A stretch of 63,938 bases of DNA, filler included, from Octopus bimaculoides (Eukaryota): NCBI RefSeq assembly GCF_001194135.2. It is 3 parts of 3 records of this genome, joined end to end, with 100 filler letters (N's around TTAATTAATTAA, not from the genome) between each part and the next. Parts side by side here need not be neighbours in the genome. Positions count along the whole stretch, not along the records: positions 48,550 to 63,938 come from NC_068986.1; 2 more parts are not named here. One strand, given 5' to 3'. Made by a program: the position numbers and the translations under genes. Within the stretch, counting starts at the first letter, position 1, and every line of letters starts with the position of its first letter. Below are positions 49,831 through 63,021 of this stretch, piece by piece. The notes beneath the pieces were generated by a model. That model searched no databases. It saw only the letters and a program-made list of their open reading frames with translations, and was not told the origin of the DNA.

Positions 49831-49899
49831 ATCTCTTAACTAACACGTGAACCAGGCAAGTATCTCAACCCTTATCTATAATGCCCCACTTCTGCTACT

Positions 49900-51129
49900 C
49901 AAGCTATAGTCTTTTCTCAAACTTAACTTCAAATATGTGTCAGTACATATGTAAATTCCATTCTCCCCATTACTCCTTTCACCACAAATATTTTCAATAA
50001 CTCTGTATCAGTCTCCACCCACTCACCCAAATATATATCTGCTTCCTCCCACAATTTTTCCACCATATTTCTTCCAACATCATATTTGTTCCAACAAACT
50101 TCTTTGAAGATATCGTTGTCGGCGATTTGAATGTCCACAATTTGTCTTGGCTCTCACGCTCATCCCATGTTGAGGCGACCTTTGTTAAAACTGAATATTT
50201 AGCAATCCTCCTCTCTCTACATCAACTACTGTCATCCCCCTGACACACACTTCTGACCAACGCAAAGACACTCAAGACTTCCTTTGATCTTTTTTCTCAT
50301 CTCCGGTCCTAACATTTGCTAAACTGTAACTGTGTCTCTGTCTATCTGACTCCTGCTATATTGCACCATGCATCCATATACTTCACAACGCCCCTTACGT
50401 CCTGGACCCAATCATACTCCAAATTAGCAGCCTAAATGGCGACACATGTTTCACACGTGACCCATTAGAAATAGATAGATGAGTGACTGAAACCCATCCT
50501 CTTAAGAAAAACCCTCAACATACCCCACACTGCAACAAACATTTTCATTCCCCAAATCTCTCCGAGTGATTCAGTCTGATGTGCAATATTTCTCTTCAGA
50601 CAAAAAATGTGCCTACAATGCTAGAGAAAATCACCACCACTCCTCCCGATCTGAGCACACTCAAACTAAAAGACATTTACACACCACAACAACACCTACA
50701 ATATATCATCATCTCGACTGTGAGGACTACTCCCGTCCATCATACAACCCTCAAGCCCTTCCACCTCGCAAACTACAGCCTTGCCAAAAGGATCTCTGCC
50801 AACATTATGGACTCAACTTCCCTCCGCTCGCTTAATATGATGGTTCTGCGAGTCAGTACTTTCCAGAAGAAAGACTCACCCATCATCAATGACCAATTTA
50901 TAACCAACTCCACCAAGACCCACAAGATGAATTTTTTTCCAAAATGATACTGCTTTCGTGCCGCCAGATTCTCCAGCATCACACACATACACATCAACTT
51001 CGAACCAACAAAACTACCAGTTCCTGGCAAGTTCATTTCCATTGTTCTCAAAGAATACAACCTAGAGCTGACCCCTATACTCACCAAACTCTTCTCTCTT
51101 TCCTTCCTTTTCTCTCACTCTCTCTCTCT

Positions 51130-51162
<33 letters not shown>

Positions 51163-51293
51163 ACACACTCACTTCAAAGATGTAAAATGTGGGTATAATT
51201 TTATTATATGTATTTATTTTCTCCTAATTAATAAATAACTCGGACAAAATAAATTGGTCAATAGATACCAGGGTATATATTGTATTATATATG

Positions 51294-51380
<87 letters not shown>

Positions 51381-51477
51381 ATATATATTATACATTACAT
51401 ATATGCATATACGTATATATATATATATATATATCAAATACATATATATATATTATATAAATATATATATATATTAT

Positions 51478-51519
<42 letters not shown>

Positions 51520-52330
51520 GCACAACTATATACCTATCCCGATTACAGTGTGTTCCATTCCTCAAAACAGTAACCCCGCTGACCCCGCTAACCACCATCC
51601 TATCGCGCTCACCTCCAATATCTGAAATATAACATAGAGATAGCCATTAATAACAATCTTTTTCAGTAAATTCAATTTCTTCTTAATGGCCATTAGTACG
51701 ACTTTCGTAAAGCCAGATTTACTGGATAACAAAGTCTCTTTTGTCAATTATCAATAAGTTCTAACCCTCGAGAAATTTGGATTAAACAGTGTTTTTATTC
51801 TGGACATCAGCAAAGCTTTCAGCCGTGTCTGGCATGCTTCAGTCAAAACTGCCCACCTATGGCTTCCATCCGCCTCTTGGTTTGGTTACTTTCTATCAGA
51901 TCGCGTTATTATGGCATGTTCTGAAGGGGCTCTTTGTAACACACACTCTATCAACTCTGATGCATTCGGACATGATCCTCCTCCTCCTGCTCCTCTTCCT
52001 ATACATCAACGGTTTGTTTTACCGTCATCTCTAACAAAGCCTACTTCTACAACCTTCATTCCCCCAAACCTTCCTACTTAGTTCTCATCCGTATAAAACT
52101 TAGACACCTCATACCAAATCTGGACAAATTCTATGAACAGAGACCTCGAGAACGTTTTCCAATGTGGTCATACCAATTTTGCACAAAGACACACTCACTG
52201 CACTTTACAAGAAAACATTACAGTTCCTCACTATCCTAAACAGAGGCAACAGGCAACCAGCCACTATCAGTTCAAGTTTCTCTTTGAACATATATTTTCT
52301 GCAGTTTGCTACTTGCTATAGTTTAAATGG
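49900..52330 (+). mobile_element. CR1/L2-type LINE remnant (APE plus RT), interrupted by microsatellites
   Basis: APE: DIVVGDLNVHNLSW. RT: PIP..DPANHHPIALTSNIS, VFILDISKAFSRVWH..SKLPTYG, LLLFLYINGL, DLENVFQCG. Confidence 0.8.
51290..51520. repeat. (TG)n and (TA)n microsatellites inside the CR1 remnant
   Basis: Direct observation. Confidence 0.95.
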
Positions 52331-52819
52331 AATTTACCCCGAATTTAAATGTGGATGTTCTGTTAGAACAAACTATACTGCTGTAGATACCATGATAGAA
52401 ACTCTCATATTAGCTTTTGGTGCAAAATGCATAAAACAAAACAAAAAACAAAAACAAGAGTATATTTTGCACCAAAAGCCAATATGAGAGTTACGCTCGT
52501 GGTATCTACCGCAGTACTGCCTGTTCTAACAGAACATCCACGTTTAAGTGAGGATAAGTATTATCTCCCGGTAATATATATATATATATTTAATGGAATG
52601 TTAACGGCATCGATCTCACATTTCTTGGTAGGTCTGTGAAAAAATTGCCATTGCTCCTCCTTCCAGATTAAACTAATATAAAAAGAAAACATGCACCTAA
52701 GATATATAACGGGGTAAAAATTTCTCTGATCGAGAAACATACATACACAGGATCACACACACACATATACTGGCTCATACTTACACACATGCAGGCACAC
52801 ACACAAACTTGATTATGGT

Positions 52820-53188
52820 TACTCTTTTACTCTTTTACTTGTTTCAGTCATTTGACTGCGGCCATGCTGGAGCACCGCCTTTAGTCGAGCAAATCGACCC
52901 CAGAACTTATTCTTTGTAAGCCTAGTACTTATTCTATAGGTCTCTTTTGCCGGACCGCTAAGTGACGGGGACGTAAACACACCACCATCGGCTGTCAAGC
53001 AATGGTGGGGGGACAAACACAGACACACAACCACACATACATTTATATATATACATATATACGACGGGCTTCTTTCAGTTTCCGTCTACCAAATCCACTC
53101 ACAAGGCTTTGGTCGGCCCGAGGCTATAGTAGAAGACACTTGCCCAAGGTGCCACACAGTGGGACTGAACCCGGAACCATGGTTGTCG
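52820..53188 (-). mobile_element. SINE family A, the best-conserved copy in the window (A box missing)
   Basis: (ACTCTTTT)n tail, gtttcagtcatttgactgcggccatgctggagcaccgcc..., central microsatellite, core ccactcacaaggctttggtcggcccgaggctatagtagaagacacttgcccaagg, B-box-like gggactgaacccgg. Confidence 0.95.
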
Positions 53189-53292
53189 ATCAAATTCAAT
53201 GATGACCATCTCCACTGTGCCCTCCAATCTTCAATGTACAGATTCGGTTAAAGTCAAGACGGGAATACTTTGATTAGAGATGCCAAGTATTA

Positions 53293-53456
53293 CAGGGTGT
53301 CCATAAATTACCTTTACAACTTGAAAAATTATGAAAGAAATTTTATTAGAAACATCAGAATACATCCACGGGGGTTCCATTGGTTGCACGCAACACATCT
53401 AGCCGATGTAATACAATAAATTGTGGAAGTTGTAAAGATAATTTATGAACACCCTA
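53293..53456. mobile_element. Tc1/mariner-type MITE with ~30-bp TIRs and TA TSD
   Basis: TA|CAGGGTGTCCATAAATTACCTTTACAACTT ... AAGTTGTAAAGATAATTTATGAACACCCTA|TA. Confidence 0.9.
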
Positions 53457-53459
53457 TAA

Positions 53460-53720
53460 TTTGCGTGCCAAGCCGCTTTTCCCGTTTCTTCAGTCGTTGC
53501 TACCTGTGTTTCCCCGCCCCCTATCCTCATTTCCCTTCTAACCGTAAAACCAACGATGTGAATGATGGATAGAAAACTTCCACTCTTGAAGAATTCGTGT
53601 TATTCCTCTTCAATGCGGACTTCACATGTTCCCTGAACCACTTCTTTGGTCTTCCAGCCAAGTGTTGGCCATTGTGTAGCTAACTGTAAAGGATTCTACG
53701 AAGGAGATGCAAGTTGGACG
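53460..53720 (-). mobile_element. RTE/BovB-like LINE C-terminal fragment
   Basis: GQHLAGRPKKWFREHVKSALKR, resembling GKR..GRPKKRFKD.LK.SLK. Confidence 0.65.
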
Positions 53721-53949
53721 TACAACATATGTCTAAGTCATCTCAGTTGATACATATATATAGTGTGGATTCAGTACTTCTAATGGTGTTTCAACTAATG
53801 GTTTCAGTGTAGAATCCCATCTAGCCTGGTAACTGAAAAGATATTTCAGAGACATTGGCTGTTGAAGACTTCTACATATAAATACGTACTTACATGCACA
53901 TACACACGTTTAAACACACACACACACACACACACGGTTGACTTTAATC

Positions 53950-55800
53950 TTATGATACGTATTGTAAGTAGTAAGTATTACGATACGTATTGTAAGTGAT
54001 AATAGAATATCGTAGCATCAGTAAATTATGCAACAGAATTGTAATATCTATAAATTATGACAAAATGTTTTTAGTAACATCAGAAAGTTAAGACACAATA
54101 TGTTAACATCTTTAAGTTATGACTCATTGTTATTGTAAGTAGCGTAAGTTACGACCAGTATTATAACCAGCATCAGCAAACTATGACGAGTATTGTAACA
54201 CCAATAAGTTACGACAAAACTGTGAATAGCGTCTCTAAGTTGTGACCAGTATTGTAACATCAGTAATGTATTTGAAATATTAAGATGAAGTAAATGAACA
54301 AAGATTGCGAAGAAAATGGTCGACGTGATAGGAGAGAGAGGCGGGTAAATAGCTGTAATAGCAACAAATGCAGAAAATTGTGACATAGAATAGCATGGTC
54401 TGTCGTAACTGCAACTGATAACAACTGCAATAGCAGTAACATTAACAATTGCAGCAAGAACTTGCAACTGCAGTCATAACTGCAATAGCAACAACAACAA
54501 CTACTACAAGATCAACTGCAATGACAGATGCATTAGCAACTACTATAACAATCGCATCAATCTTTAGCAATTCTGCTGCTGACTCTACTATTTTACGTCA
54601 CAGCTAACAGGATGACGAGATTGTGATGGTGGTGGTGGTGGTGGTAGTAGTGGCGGTGGCGGCGGCGGTGGTTATGGCGGCGGCGGCGNNNNNNNNNNNN
54701 NNNNNNNNNNNNNNNNNNNNNNNNNNNNNNNNNNNNNNNNNNNNNNNNNNNNNNNNNNNNNNNNNNNNNNNNNNNNNNNNNNNNNNNNNNNNNNNNNNNN
54801 NNNNNNNNNNNNNNNNNNNNNNNNNNNNNNNNNNNNNNNNNNNNNNNNNNNNNNNNNNNNNNNNNNNNNNNNNNNNNNNNNNNNNNNNNNNNNNNNNNNN
54901 NNNNNNNNNNNNNNNNNNNNNNNNNNNNNNNNNNNNNNNNNNNNNNNNNNNNNNNNNNNNNNNNNNNNNNNNNNNNNNNNNNNNNNNNNNNNNNNNNNNN
55001 NNNNNNNNNNNNNNNNNNNNNNNNNNNNCAATTGCAGCAAGAACTTGCAACTGCAGTCATAACTGCAATAGCAACAACAACAACTACTACAAGATCAACT
55101 GCAATGACAGATGCATTAGCAACTACTATAACAATCGCATCAATCTTTAGCAATTCTGCTGCTGACTCTACTATTTTACGTCACAGCTAACAGGATGACG
55201 AGATTGTGATGGTGGTGGTGGTGGTGGTCGTCGTCGTCGTCGTCGTAGCGGCGGTGTTGGCGGCAGTAGTGGTGGTGGCGGCGGACCAACACTAAACTAA
55301 CCCTGAAAAAATGTTGCTACACTAATTTTTGTTGTAGTTACTCAGCCTTAGCAAAATATATTCGCAAAATTCCACATCATCATCATCATCATCATCGTCG
55401 TCATCATCATCATCATCGTCGTCGTCGTCATCGTTATTAACCTCGTTGTTGATGTATCGTTACTATCGTTACAGTTGCGATAACAATTAACAGCAGCAGC
55501 AGCTATTAGCAACATTAGCATGATTATTGGCAGCGTTTTGTTTCTAATATTCCTGTTGACGATAACATTAAATATTTTTGATAGAAAAACAAACAGTATC
55601 ATGAACAATGTCAACATTTTTGCAAATGTCAGCATTATCAACATCATAATTGTCCGCATTATCAACATCATAATTGTCCGCATTATCAACATTTCTCCTC
55701 GTTTTCATTGTCATCACAATTGTCAGCGTTATCAACATTCTCACTTTGATCCGAAATATCAAGATTAACAATTGCATCATCATTATCAACGTTTACAAAA
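53950..55800. repeat. Low-complexity trinucleotide-rich region with short minisatellites
   Basis: tattgtaa-core units at 53950-54280, (GGT/GGC)n, (CAT/CGT)n, and a 24-bp unit cattatcaacatcataattgtccg at about 55632-55695. Confidence 0.85.
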
Positions 55801-55921
55801 CAATATCAACATATGACGATTAATCCAAAATGTCAGAAGGGAGAAGAAAAAAATAGCTATATCAAAACAATCATGATCATCATCATCTTCATCGGCGCCG
55901 TCGTCACTATCATCATCATCA

Positions 55922-55955
<34 letters not shown>

Positions 55956-56065
55956 TGTAGTTGTTGATGTTGTTAATGTTGTTATAATTTTAATTCTAAA
56001 ATGCAGACTTAATATCTACTAACTTTGCCTTAGCAAATGAAGTGTGTGCGTGTGTGTGTATACAT

Positions 56066-56122
<57 letters not shown>

Positions 56123-56136
56123 CAGACAGGCAGATT

Positions 56137-56204
<68 letters not shown>

Positions 56205-56205
56205 C
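56066..56205. repeat. (GATA)n/(GACA)n microsatellite
   Basis: Direct observation. Confidence 0.97.
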
Positions 56206-56540
56206 ACATATACACACACACACACACATATATATATACTTTATTACTAAAGCAGCAAAGACATCACAAATATATATATATATGTATATATATGTGTGTG
56301 TGTATATGTACGTACGTATGTATGTATGTATGTATGTAGAACAGTTTTGGTTAAAGTTGTTGCACAGAATAGTGTGGTGGCTATAGTATAGTAACGTGAT
56401 ATTGTAGTGTGGTGTTGCGGAGTTATAGCATCGTAATGTGTATTGTATATCGTACATACGTTTTGTATAATACATATATGCTTTTATTATTAGTGTTTGT
56501 GGTTTGAGTGAATGAATGTGTGTGCTGTGTGTTTGTGTAT

Positions 56541-56575
<35 letters not shown>

Positions 56576-57520
56576 GTTGTGTGTGCGCGTGTAGAGAAAG
56601 CGAGAGATACGTGTGTCGAGGTTATGTGAACATGTGTATATAGCATCAGAGCTGGCCTCCGCCACCAGCACCGCCAACAATATCAGCAGCAGTAGTAGCA
56701 TCAACAGCAGCAACGTCAACAGCAGCAACATTAACAGCAGCAGTAATATCAACATTGGCGTTGCCACCAACGTCGCCGCCACCGCTATATAACAGAGACA
56801 GAAAGAGAGAAAGAAAGAGAAAGAAACAAAGAGAGAGAGAGAGAGAGTTGTGTAACTACGACCACAACCACCACTACTAACGTCATTACTAAAGTGAGGG
56901 AGAAAGAGGGAGGATTGAGTAACTATAAGCGTCAGCACTACCACCATCGCCACTACAGATAATAGAGAGAGGGGGTAATTGAGCAACTAGCAGCTCCACC
57001 AACGCCGCCGATAACACCTATAGAGAGAGAGGTTAAGACATAGAGAGAGGAAAGTAATATTGTGTAACTATCACACCACCACTACCACTACCAGCGACTT
57101 CAATATAGAGATAAGAAATGTAGGGAGGGGAGAGAGAGTTGATTGAAGAAGAAGGTGTAAGGAGTAGAAAGAGGAATAGAGAGAAGAAAAAAATAAAGGA
57201 ATAGTGAGAGGAGTAGAGAGAGGAAGGCAGCTGTAAGTAAGTAGCACAATACAAACGACTTGTCAACATTCTTCTTTTCTTTCCCCTCTCTCTGTCTCTC
57301 TCTCCCCCTCTGTCTATCTATGTGTCTTTCTCTCTCCCCGGTTCTGCCCTTCGGTCGGCGTGACAACGGACCTTGGTGGATTTCTTCTCAATGTTGGATT
57401 TCTTCAGAGTTTCTGCTCCTCATTGCAATGGCTTTGGACACTGGATTTCTATCGTTCTCACATAGGATGTTGGACGGAATTAAAGAGGTAGGTTTGCAAA
57501 GATATTGTCAAGGAAATTAC

Positions 57521-57580
57521 CGACATCGAACCAGGAGCTGTCTTTCATAATAATGTCTCTCACCCGACCCTCATTGTCTA
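57521..57580 (-). other. Candidate 60-nt phase-1/1 coding exon
   Basis: TATTTTGCAG| ... GTCG|GTAATT; open frame xDNEGRVRDIIMKDSSWFDVx. Could be a TE remnant. Confidence 0.15.
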
Positions 57581-59657
57581 CTGCAAAATATGTGTGTGTA
57601 TGTATATATATATATATNNNNNNNNNNNNNNNNNNNNNNNNNNNNNNNNNNNNNNNNNNNNNNNNNNNNNNNNNNNNNNNNNNNNNNNNNNNNNNNNNNN
57701 NNNNNNNNNNNNNNNNNNNNNNNNNNNNNNNNNNNNNNNNNNNNNNNNNNNNNNNNNNNNNNNNNNNNNNNNNNNNNNNNNNNNNNNNNNNNNNNNNNNN
57801 NNNNNNNNNNNNNNNNNNNNNNNNNNNNNNNNNNNNNNNNNNNNNNNNNNNNNNNNNNNNNNNNNNNNNNNNNNNNNNNNNNNNNNNNNNNNNNNNNNNN
57901 NNNNNNNNNNNNNNNNNNNNNNNNNNNNNNNNNNNNNNNNNNNNNNNNNNNNNNNNNNNNNNNNNNNNNNNNNNNNNNNNNNNNNNNNNNNNNNNNNNNN
58001 NNNNNNNNNNNNNNNNNNNNNNNNNNNNNNNNNNNNNNNNNNNNNNNNNNNNNNNNNNNNNNNNNNNNNNNNNNNNNNNNNNNNNNNNNNNNNNNNNNNN
58101 NNNNNNNNNNNNNNNNNNNNNNNNNNNNNNNNNNNNNNNNNNNNNNNNNNNNNNNNNNNNNNNNNNNNNNNNNNNNNNNNNNNNNNNNNNNNNNNNNNNN
58201 NNNNNNNNNNNNNNNNNNNNNNNNNNNNNNNNNNNNNNNNNNNNNNNNNNNNNNNNNNNNNNNNNNNNNNNNNNNNNNNNNNNNNNNNNNNNNNNNNNNN
58301 NNNNNNNNNNNNNNNNNNNNNNNNNNNNNNNNNNNNNNNNNNNNNNNNNNNNNNNNNNNNNNNNNNNNNNNNNNNNNNNNNNNNNNNNNNNNNNNNNNNN
58401 NNNNNNNNNNNNNNNNNNNNNNNNNNNNNNNNNNNNNNNNNNNNNNNNNNNNNNNNTATATATATATGAAAGATTGCCTATATATATAATGTGTTGTTTT
58501 TTAGTCTACGTTGACTCATTCATCGGTTGCCCTAGATCTACCAACAGTTAAACATATTGAGTAGACATACTTTTCTAGGGACACACAGCCCTAATAACAC
58601 ACATGAACATACACTCGATATGTTAACGTATACATACATCCGTTTATATATATATATACACACACTCCATTTCTATATACAGCACTTTTCTCCCCAAGGG
58701 GCACCTTGACATGAAGCCTCTATATGTACATGTGTATGTATAATGTGTCGATCTAGCAATGTTTATTATTTTATCTGAGATGTAACGAAATATATTTATA
58801 ATACCATATGTGTATTTGAATATTAATATATATATATGTAACATGATTGTGTGTGCCGTATATATTTGATTGTCTAATGAATTTATGTTTGTATTTGTAT
58901 GTGCGTGCGGTATCCTTGTAAATCCAGGTTTGTTCATACACACTATATATATATATATATATANNNNNNNNNNNNNNNNNNNNNNNNNNNNNNNNNNNNN
59001 NNNNNNNNNNNNNNNNNNNNNNNNNNNNNNNNNNNNNNNNNNNNNNNNNNNNNNNNNNNNNNNNNNNNNNNNNNNNNNNNNNNNNNNNNNNNNNNNNNNN
59101 NNNNNNNNNNNNNNNNNNNNNNNNNNNNNNNNNNNNNNNNNNNNNNNNNNNNNNNNNNNNNNNNNNNNNNNNNNNNNNNNNNNNNNNNNNNNNNNNNNNN
59201 NNNNNNNNNNNNNNNNNNNNNNNNNNNNNNNNNNNNNNNNNNNNNNNNNNNNNNNNNNNNNNNNNNNNNNNNNNNNNNNNNNNNNNNNNNNNNNNNNNNN
59301 NNNNNNNNNNNNNNNNNNNNNNNNNNNNNNNNNNNNNNNNNNNNNNNNNNNNNNNNNNNNNNNNNNNNNNNNNNNNNNNNNNNNNNNNNNNNNNNNNNNN
59401 NNNNNNNNNNNNNNNNNNNNNNNNNNNNNNNNNNNNNNNNNNNNNNNNNNNNNNNNNNNNNNNNNNNNNNNNNNNNNNNNNNNNNNNNNNNNNNNNNNNN
59501 NNNNNNNNNNNNNNNNNNNNNNNNNNNNNNNNNNNNNNNNNNNNNNNNNNNNNNNNNNNNNNNNNNNNNNNNNNNNNNNNNNNNNNNNNNNNNNNNNNNN
59601 NNNNNNNNNNNNNNNNNNNNNNNNNNNNNNNNNNNNNNNNNNNNNNNNNNNNNNNNN

Positions 59658-59699
<42 letters not shown>

Positions 59700-60149
59700 G
59701 CACTCACAATATGCATAGTGTGTCATTTGTGTATGTGTGTGAATGTACATGCATAATGCTTGTTTTGTAGTCTGTTCTGTGCATGTGTGTGCTTCACACA
59801 CATCTAACTATTCATTTGCAACATTGCATAGAAAATATAACTGAACACACACACACGGTGATAGATCTGTACATTGCTGGGAAGTTTCTAACCGTCATCT
59901 TGCTGAAAACATTAAAAAAAAAAACATTATTTTGAAGTATATATGTATGTGTGTGTGTACATGAATGTATCCAATATATATTACACTCTGTAATAAATAT
60001 ATGTGTATACATAGATTACATTTAATATGTATACAATAAATATTGAAAAATCCATGCTGTTGACAAATATACGTTTAACAGTTTTTTTTTTTCTGACTTA
60101 CGGTTTCTTAGACGACATATGCAGATAGATGTACATAGATGCTTTACCG

Positions 60150-60460
60150 TGGATTTCGACAATGAGTATTTATTTCTTCGATCAACTGAATTACCTGCTC
60201 ACTGAATTTGTGTGTAAGCGGCTGAGCATTCTACTGACACGTGTACCCATAACATAATTCCCAGACAGAATCAGTGTGACAGTGAATGACAAGACTCTGC
60301 AATTTGAATTGCAGGTACAATCCATTTGACGGGCTTTTATTCTATTATATAGGTCGACTCAAGGCTATAGAAAATGACACTTGCACAAGATTCCACACAG
60401 TAGGGTGAAACACGAGTCATGTTGGTCAGAAAGTAACCATTCGACCATACATAGATTCAG
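60150..60460 (-). mobile_element. Mosaic SINE (family A-like head with family B-like tail)
   Basis: 60360-60460 resembles the family A core and head; 60180-60320 resembles the 23400-23540 tail (ctgagca.tc.ac.gacacgtgtaccc..aacgta.ttc..cagcgtgacac). Confidence 0.65.
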
Positions 60461-60702
60461 ACACACCACTAACAGTGGAACTTCTAAATGGTTGTTTAAC
60501 ATACTAGAAATAGCGGTCAGATTAAATCTGACTGGACCTACAGTATTCAATGTGTCCTTTGAAACAGTAAAGGACACATTGGACAGTGTAATACCAGGTG
60601 CTCAAGGAATGAAAATAAGATGATGGCCATGGCTTCAACGACCTTGATCAAAATCTTGCACAGTCAGCGCTATCTTGGGGTTAAACGACAATAGTGTATG
60701 TG

Positions 60703-60734
<32 letters not shown>

Positions 60735-60736
<2 letters not shown>

Positions 60737-61030
60737 TGATTTCAGGTTCAGTCCCTCTGCATGGCACCTTAGGCAAAGTATCTTCTACTATAACTGCAGG
60801 CCAACCAAAGCCCTATAATTGGATTTGGTAGATGAAAGAAGCTTGTTGTGTGTGTGTGTGTGCGTACGTGCCTCTTTGAGTTTATCCCTATCACTGCTTG
60901 ACAAGTGGTAATGGCTTTCTTATGCCCCTATAACTTAGCAGTTCAACAAATAAGACCAATAGAATATATGCCAAACTTGAATAAGTACCGGGTCAATTTG
61001 TTTAAGTAAACCATTTAAGGCCATGCTCTA
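60735..61030 (+). mobile_element. SINE family A
   Basis: ggttcagtccc..ggcaccttaggcaa..tcttctactata..ggatttggtaga..gtaacttagcagttc..aagtaccgggtcaatttg. Confidence 0.85.
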
Positions 61031-61127
61031 GCATTAGGGATGACTCTTTTCATGTTGCCATACACTCACCGGTTGTATGGCGATGAAAAGAGAAGTATAT
61101 CCAAATGTAGAGATACACACTCTAGTG

Positions 61128-61424
61128 CAGGGGTTTTCAACCTGTGGTCTGCGGACCACAGGGGGTCCGCAAGGACAAGACAGGGGGTCCGTGGACAGCA
61201 AATACTTTTTATGGGCAATTTGATTTTGTATATGTTTTTTAATCGAAATCTTTTAATTGACAATAAACCTATTTGTTAAATACTGTTAAATAAATAAATG
61301 TAAAAATATATGTTATTTTAAGCAAATATTTATGTATCCATTTCATAAGCGTTTATAAGGGGGTCCCTAAGGTAAAGCCTGAAATATAAAGGGGTCCGCA
61401 AGTCAAAAAGTTTGAAAACCCCTG
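61128..61424. mobile_element. hAT (Charlie-like) MITE with a perfect 8-bp TSD
   Basis: TSD CTCTAGTG at 61120-61127 and 61425-61432; TIRs CAGGGGTTTTCAA / TTGAAAACCCCTG; subterminal GGGGTCC motifs. Confidence 0.95.
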
Positions 61425-62128
61425 CTCTAGTGTCAATATGTACCCTGGAAGGAATGTAGCAACATCTAAACAATCACTGAATTGGCTAAGACCTCATTAC
61501 AGTGATAAACGTAGAAAGGACAGTTTGGATGATGTAGTCATAGATTTGGTCATGAACAGATGCAGTGGTTAGAGATGGAATGTTTATAAGCATATAAATA
61601 CTCTATCATATTTGATTGGTGGCTAAACAAGAAACATAGTTTTTCTACCAGCATATATCCTTAACACAATATCTGTATCAACAAGTGTGTCATAAAGCTG
61701 GCCCTTTGAATAACTAGGATGGTTTCTCCAACAGGATTCTTCCCAGTCTTCCTCGACCCACTTTCTCTTACAAGGCATGGGTCAACCTGATCTGCTGACA
61801 GCGGGCAATCAAAGTTTTGAAACTAATTACTACAAAGCAAATTTGTTCGTCATTCATCCATGACTACATCTCAATGTCATATGTGGTGTGTGTGTATATA
61901 TATATATATATATNNNNNNNNNNNNNNNNNNNNNNNNNNNNNNNNNNNNNNNNNNNNNNNNNNNNNNNNNNNNNNNNNNNNNNNNNNNNNNNNNNNNNNN
62001 NNNNNNNNNNNNNATATATATATATATATTTAGATGTATGTATATGCATATATTTATATGATTGAACATTGGGCGGTGCATTATGCAAAGCATATATATA
62101 TTAGGATGTATATATATATATTAGCATG

Positions 62129-62174
<46 letters not shown>

Positions 62175-62379
62175 NNNNNNNNNNNNNNNNNNNNNNNNNN
62201 NNNNNNNNNNNNNNNNNNNNNNNNNNNNNNNNNNNNNNNNNNNNNNNNNNNNNNNNNNNNNNNNNNNNNNNNNNNNNNNNNNNNNNNNNNNNNNNNNNNN
62301 NNNNNNNNNNNNNNNNNNNNNNNNNNNNNNNNNNNNNNNNNNNNNNNNNNNNNNNNNNNNNATATACATATACATACAC

Positions 62380-62416
<37 letters not shown>

Positions 62417-62424
62417 AAAGTATG

Positions 62425-62474
<50 letters not shown>

Positions 62475-62564
62475 GGTATGTACATACATGTATGTATATA
62501 TGCATATAGTCACGTATTATTTGTATTGTTATTATATATATATGTATGTGTGTGTGTGTGTTAG

Positions 62565-62991
62565 CTTGGCGATAACTATTAATATCCAGTACCGCTGCCG
62601 CAGTCTCCTTTAGGGAGACTTAGAAATATTAATATTTCTGTTTTTGAAATCTTGTGGATGTATTCCAGTGAATTTAGGTAAATAAACCTTCAAACAGACA
62701 GTCAGTAGCGACACCTGCCTGGTTTAGCTGCTTGACATTGATAAGGGGCAAATACCCTGAAACTAGGCTGTAGATGCCAGACCAGCAAGGGGAAGCGACC
62801 GACATCCCCTGTTCGAAAGTTTTAATGGACACAGGTCCGTGTGTCACATAGCTAGCTAGAGGCAATGGCCTCTTGGAGCTAATCAACGGTACCATTCGTC
62901 CTATTTTTCTGGACTGCCATCTTGGCAATAATTATTAATATCCAGTACTGCTGCCGTAATCTCCTTTAGAGAGATTTACAAATATTAATAT
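62565..62991. repeat. 71-bp direct repeats (63/71 identical) with 356-bp period around a unique core
   Basis: 62565-62635 vs 62921-62991. Confidence 0.88.
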
Positions 62992-63021
62992 ATATATATA
63001 TATATGTATATATATAAATCT

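Noticed and set aside
54446-55228. Identical ~200-bp segment on both sides of the 54689-55028 gap
   Set aside because: Most likely contig-end overlap or haplotype redundancy; cannot be called a real repeat without long reads.
54593-55692. Poly-A/V/M/T ORFs
   Set aside because: Trinucleotide low-complexity sequence around a gap.
56423-56986. 187-aa hydrophobic ORF / polyQ-like stretch on the opposite strand
   Set aside because: Derived from CAG/CAA/CAC and GA simple repeats.
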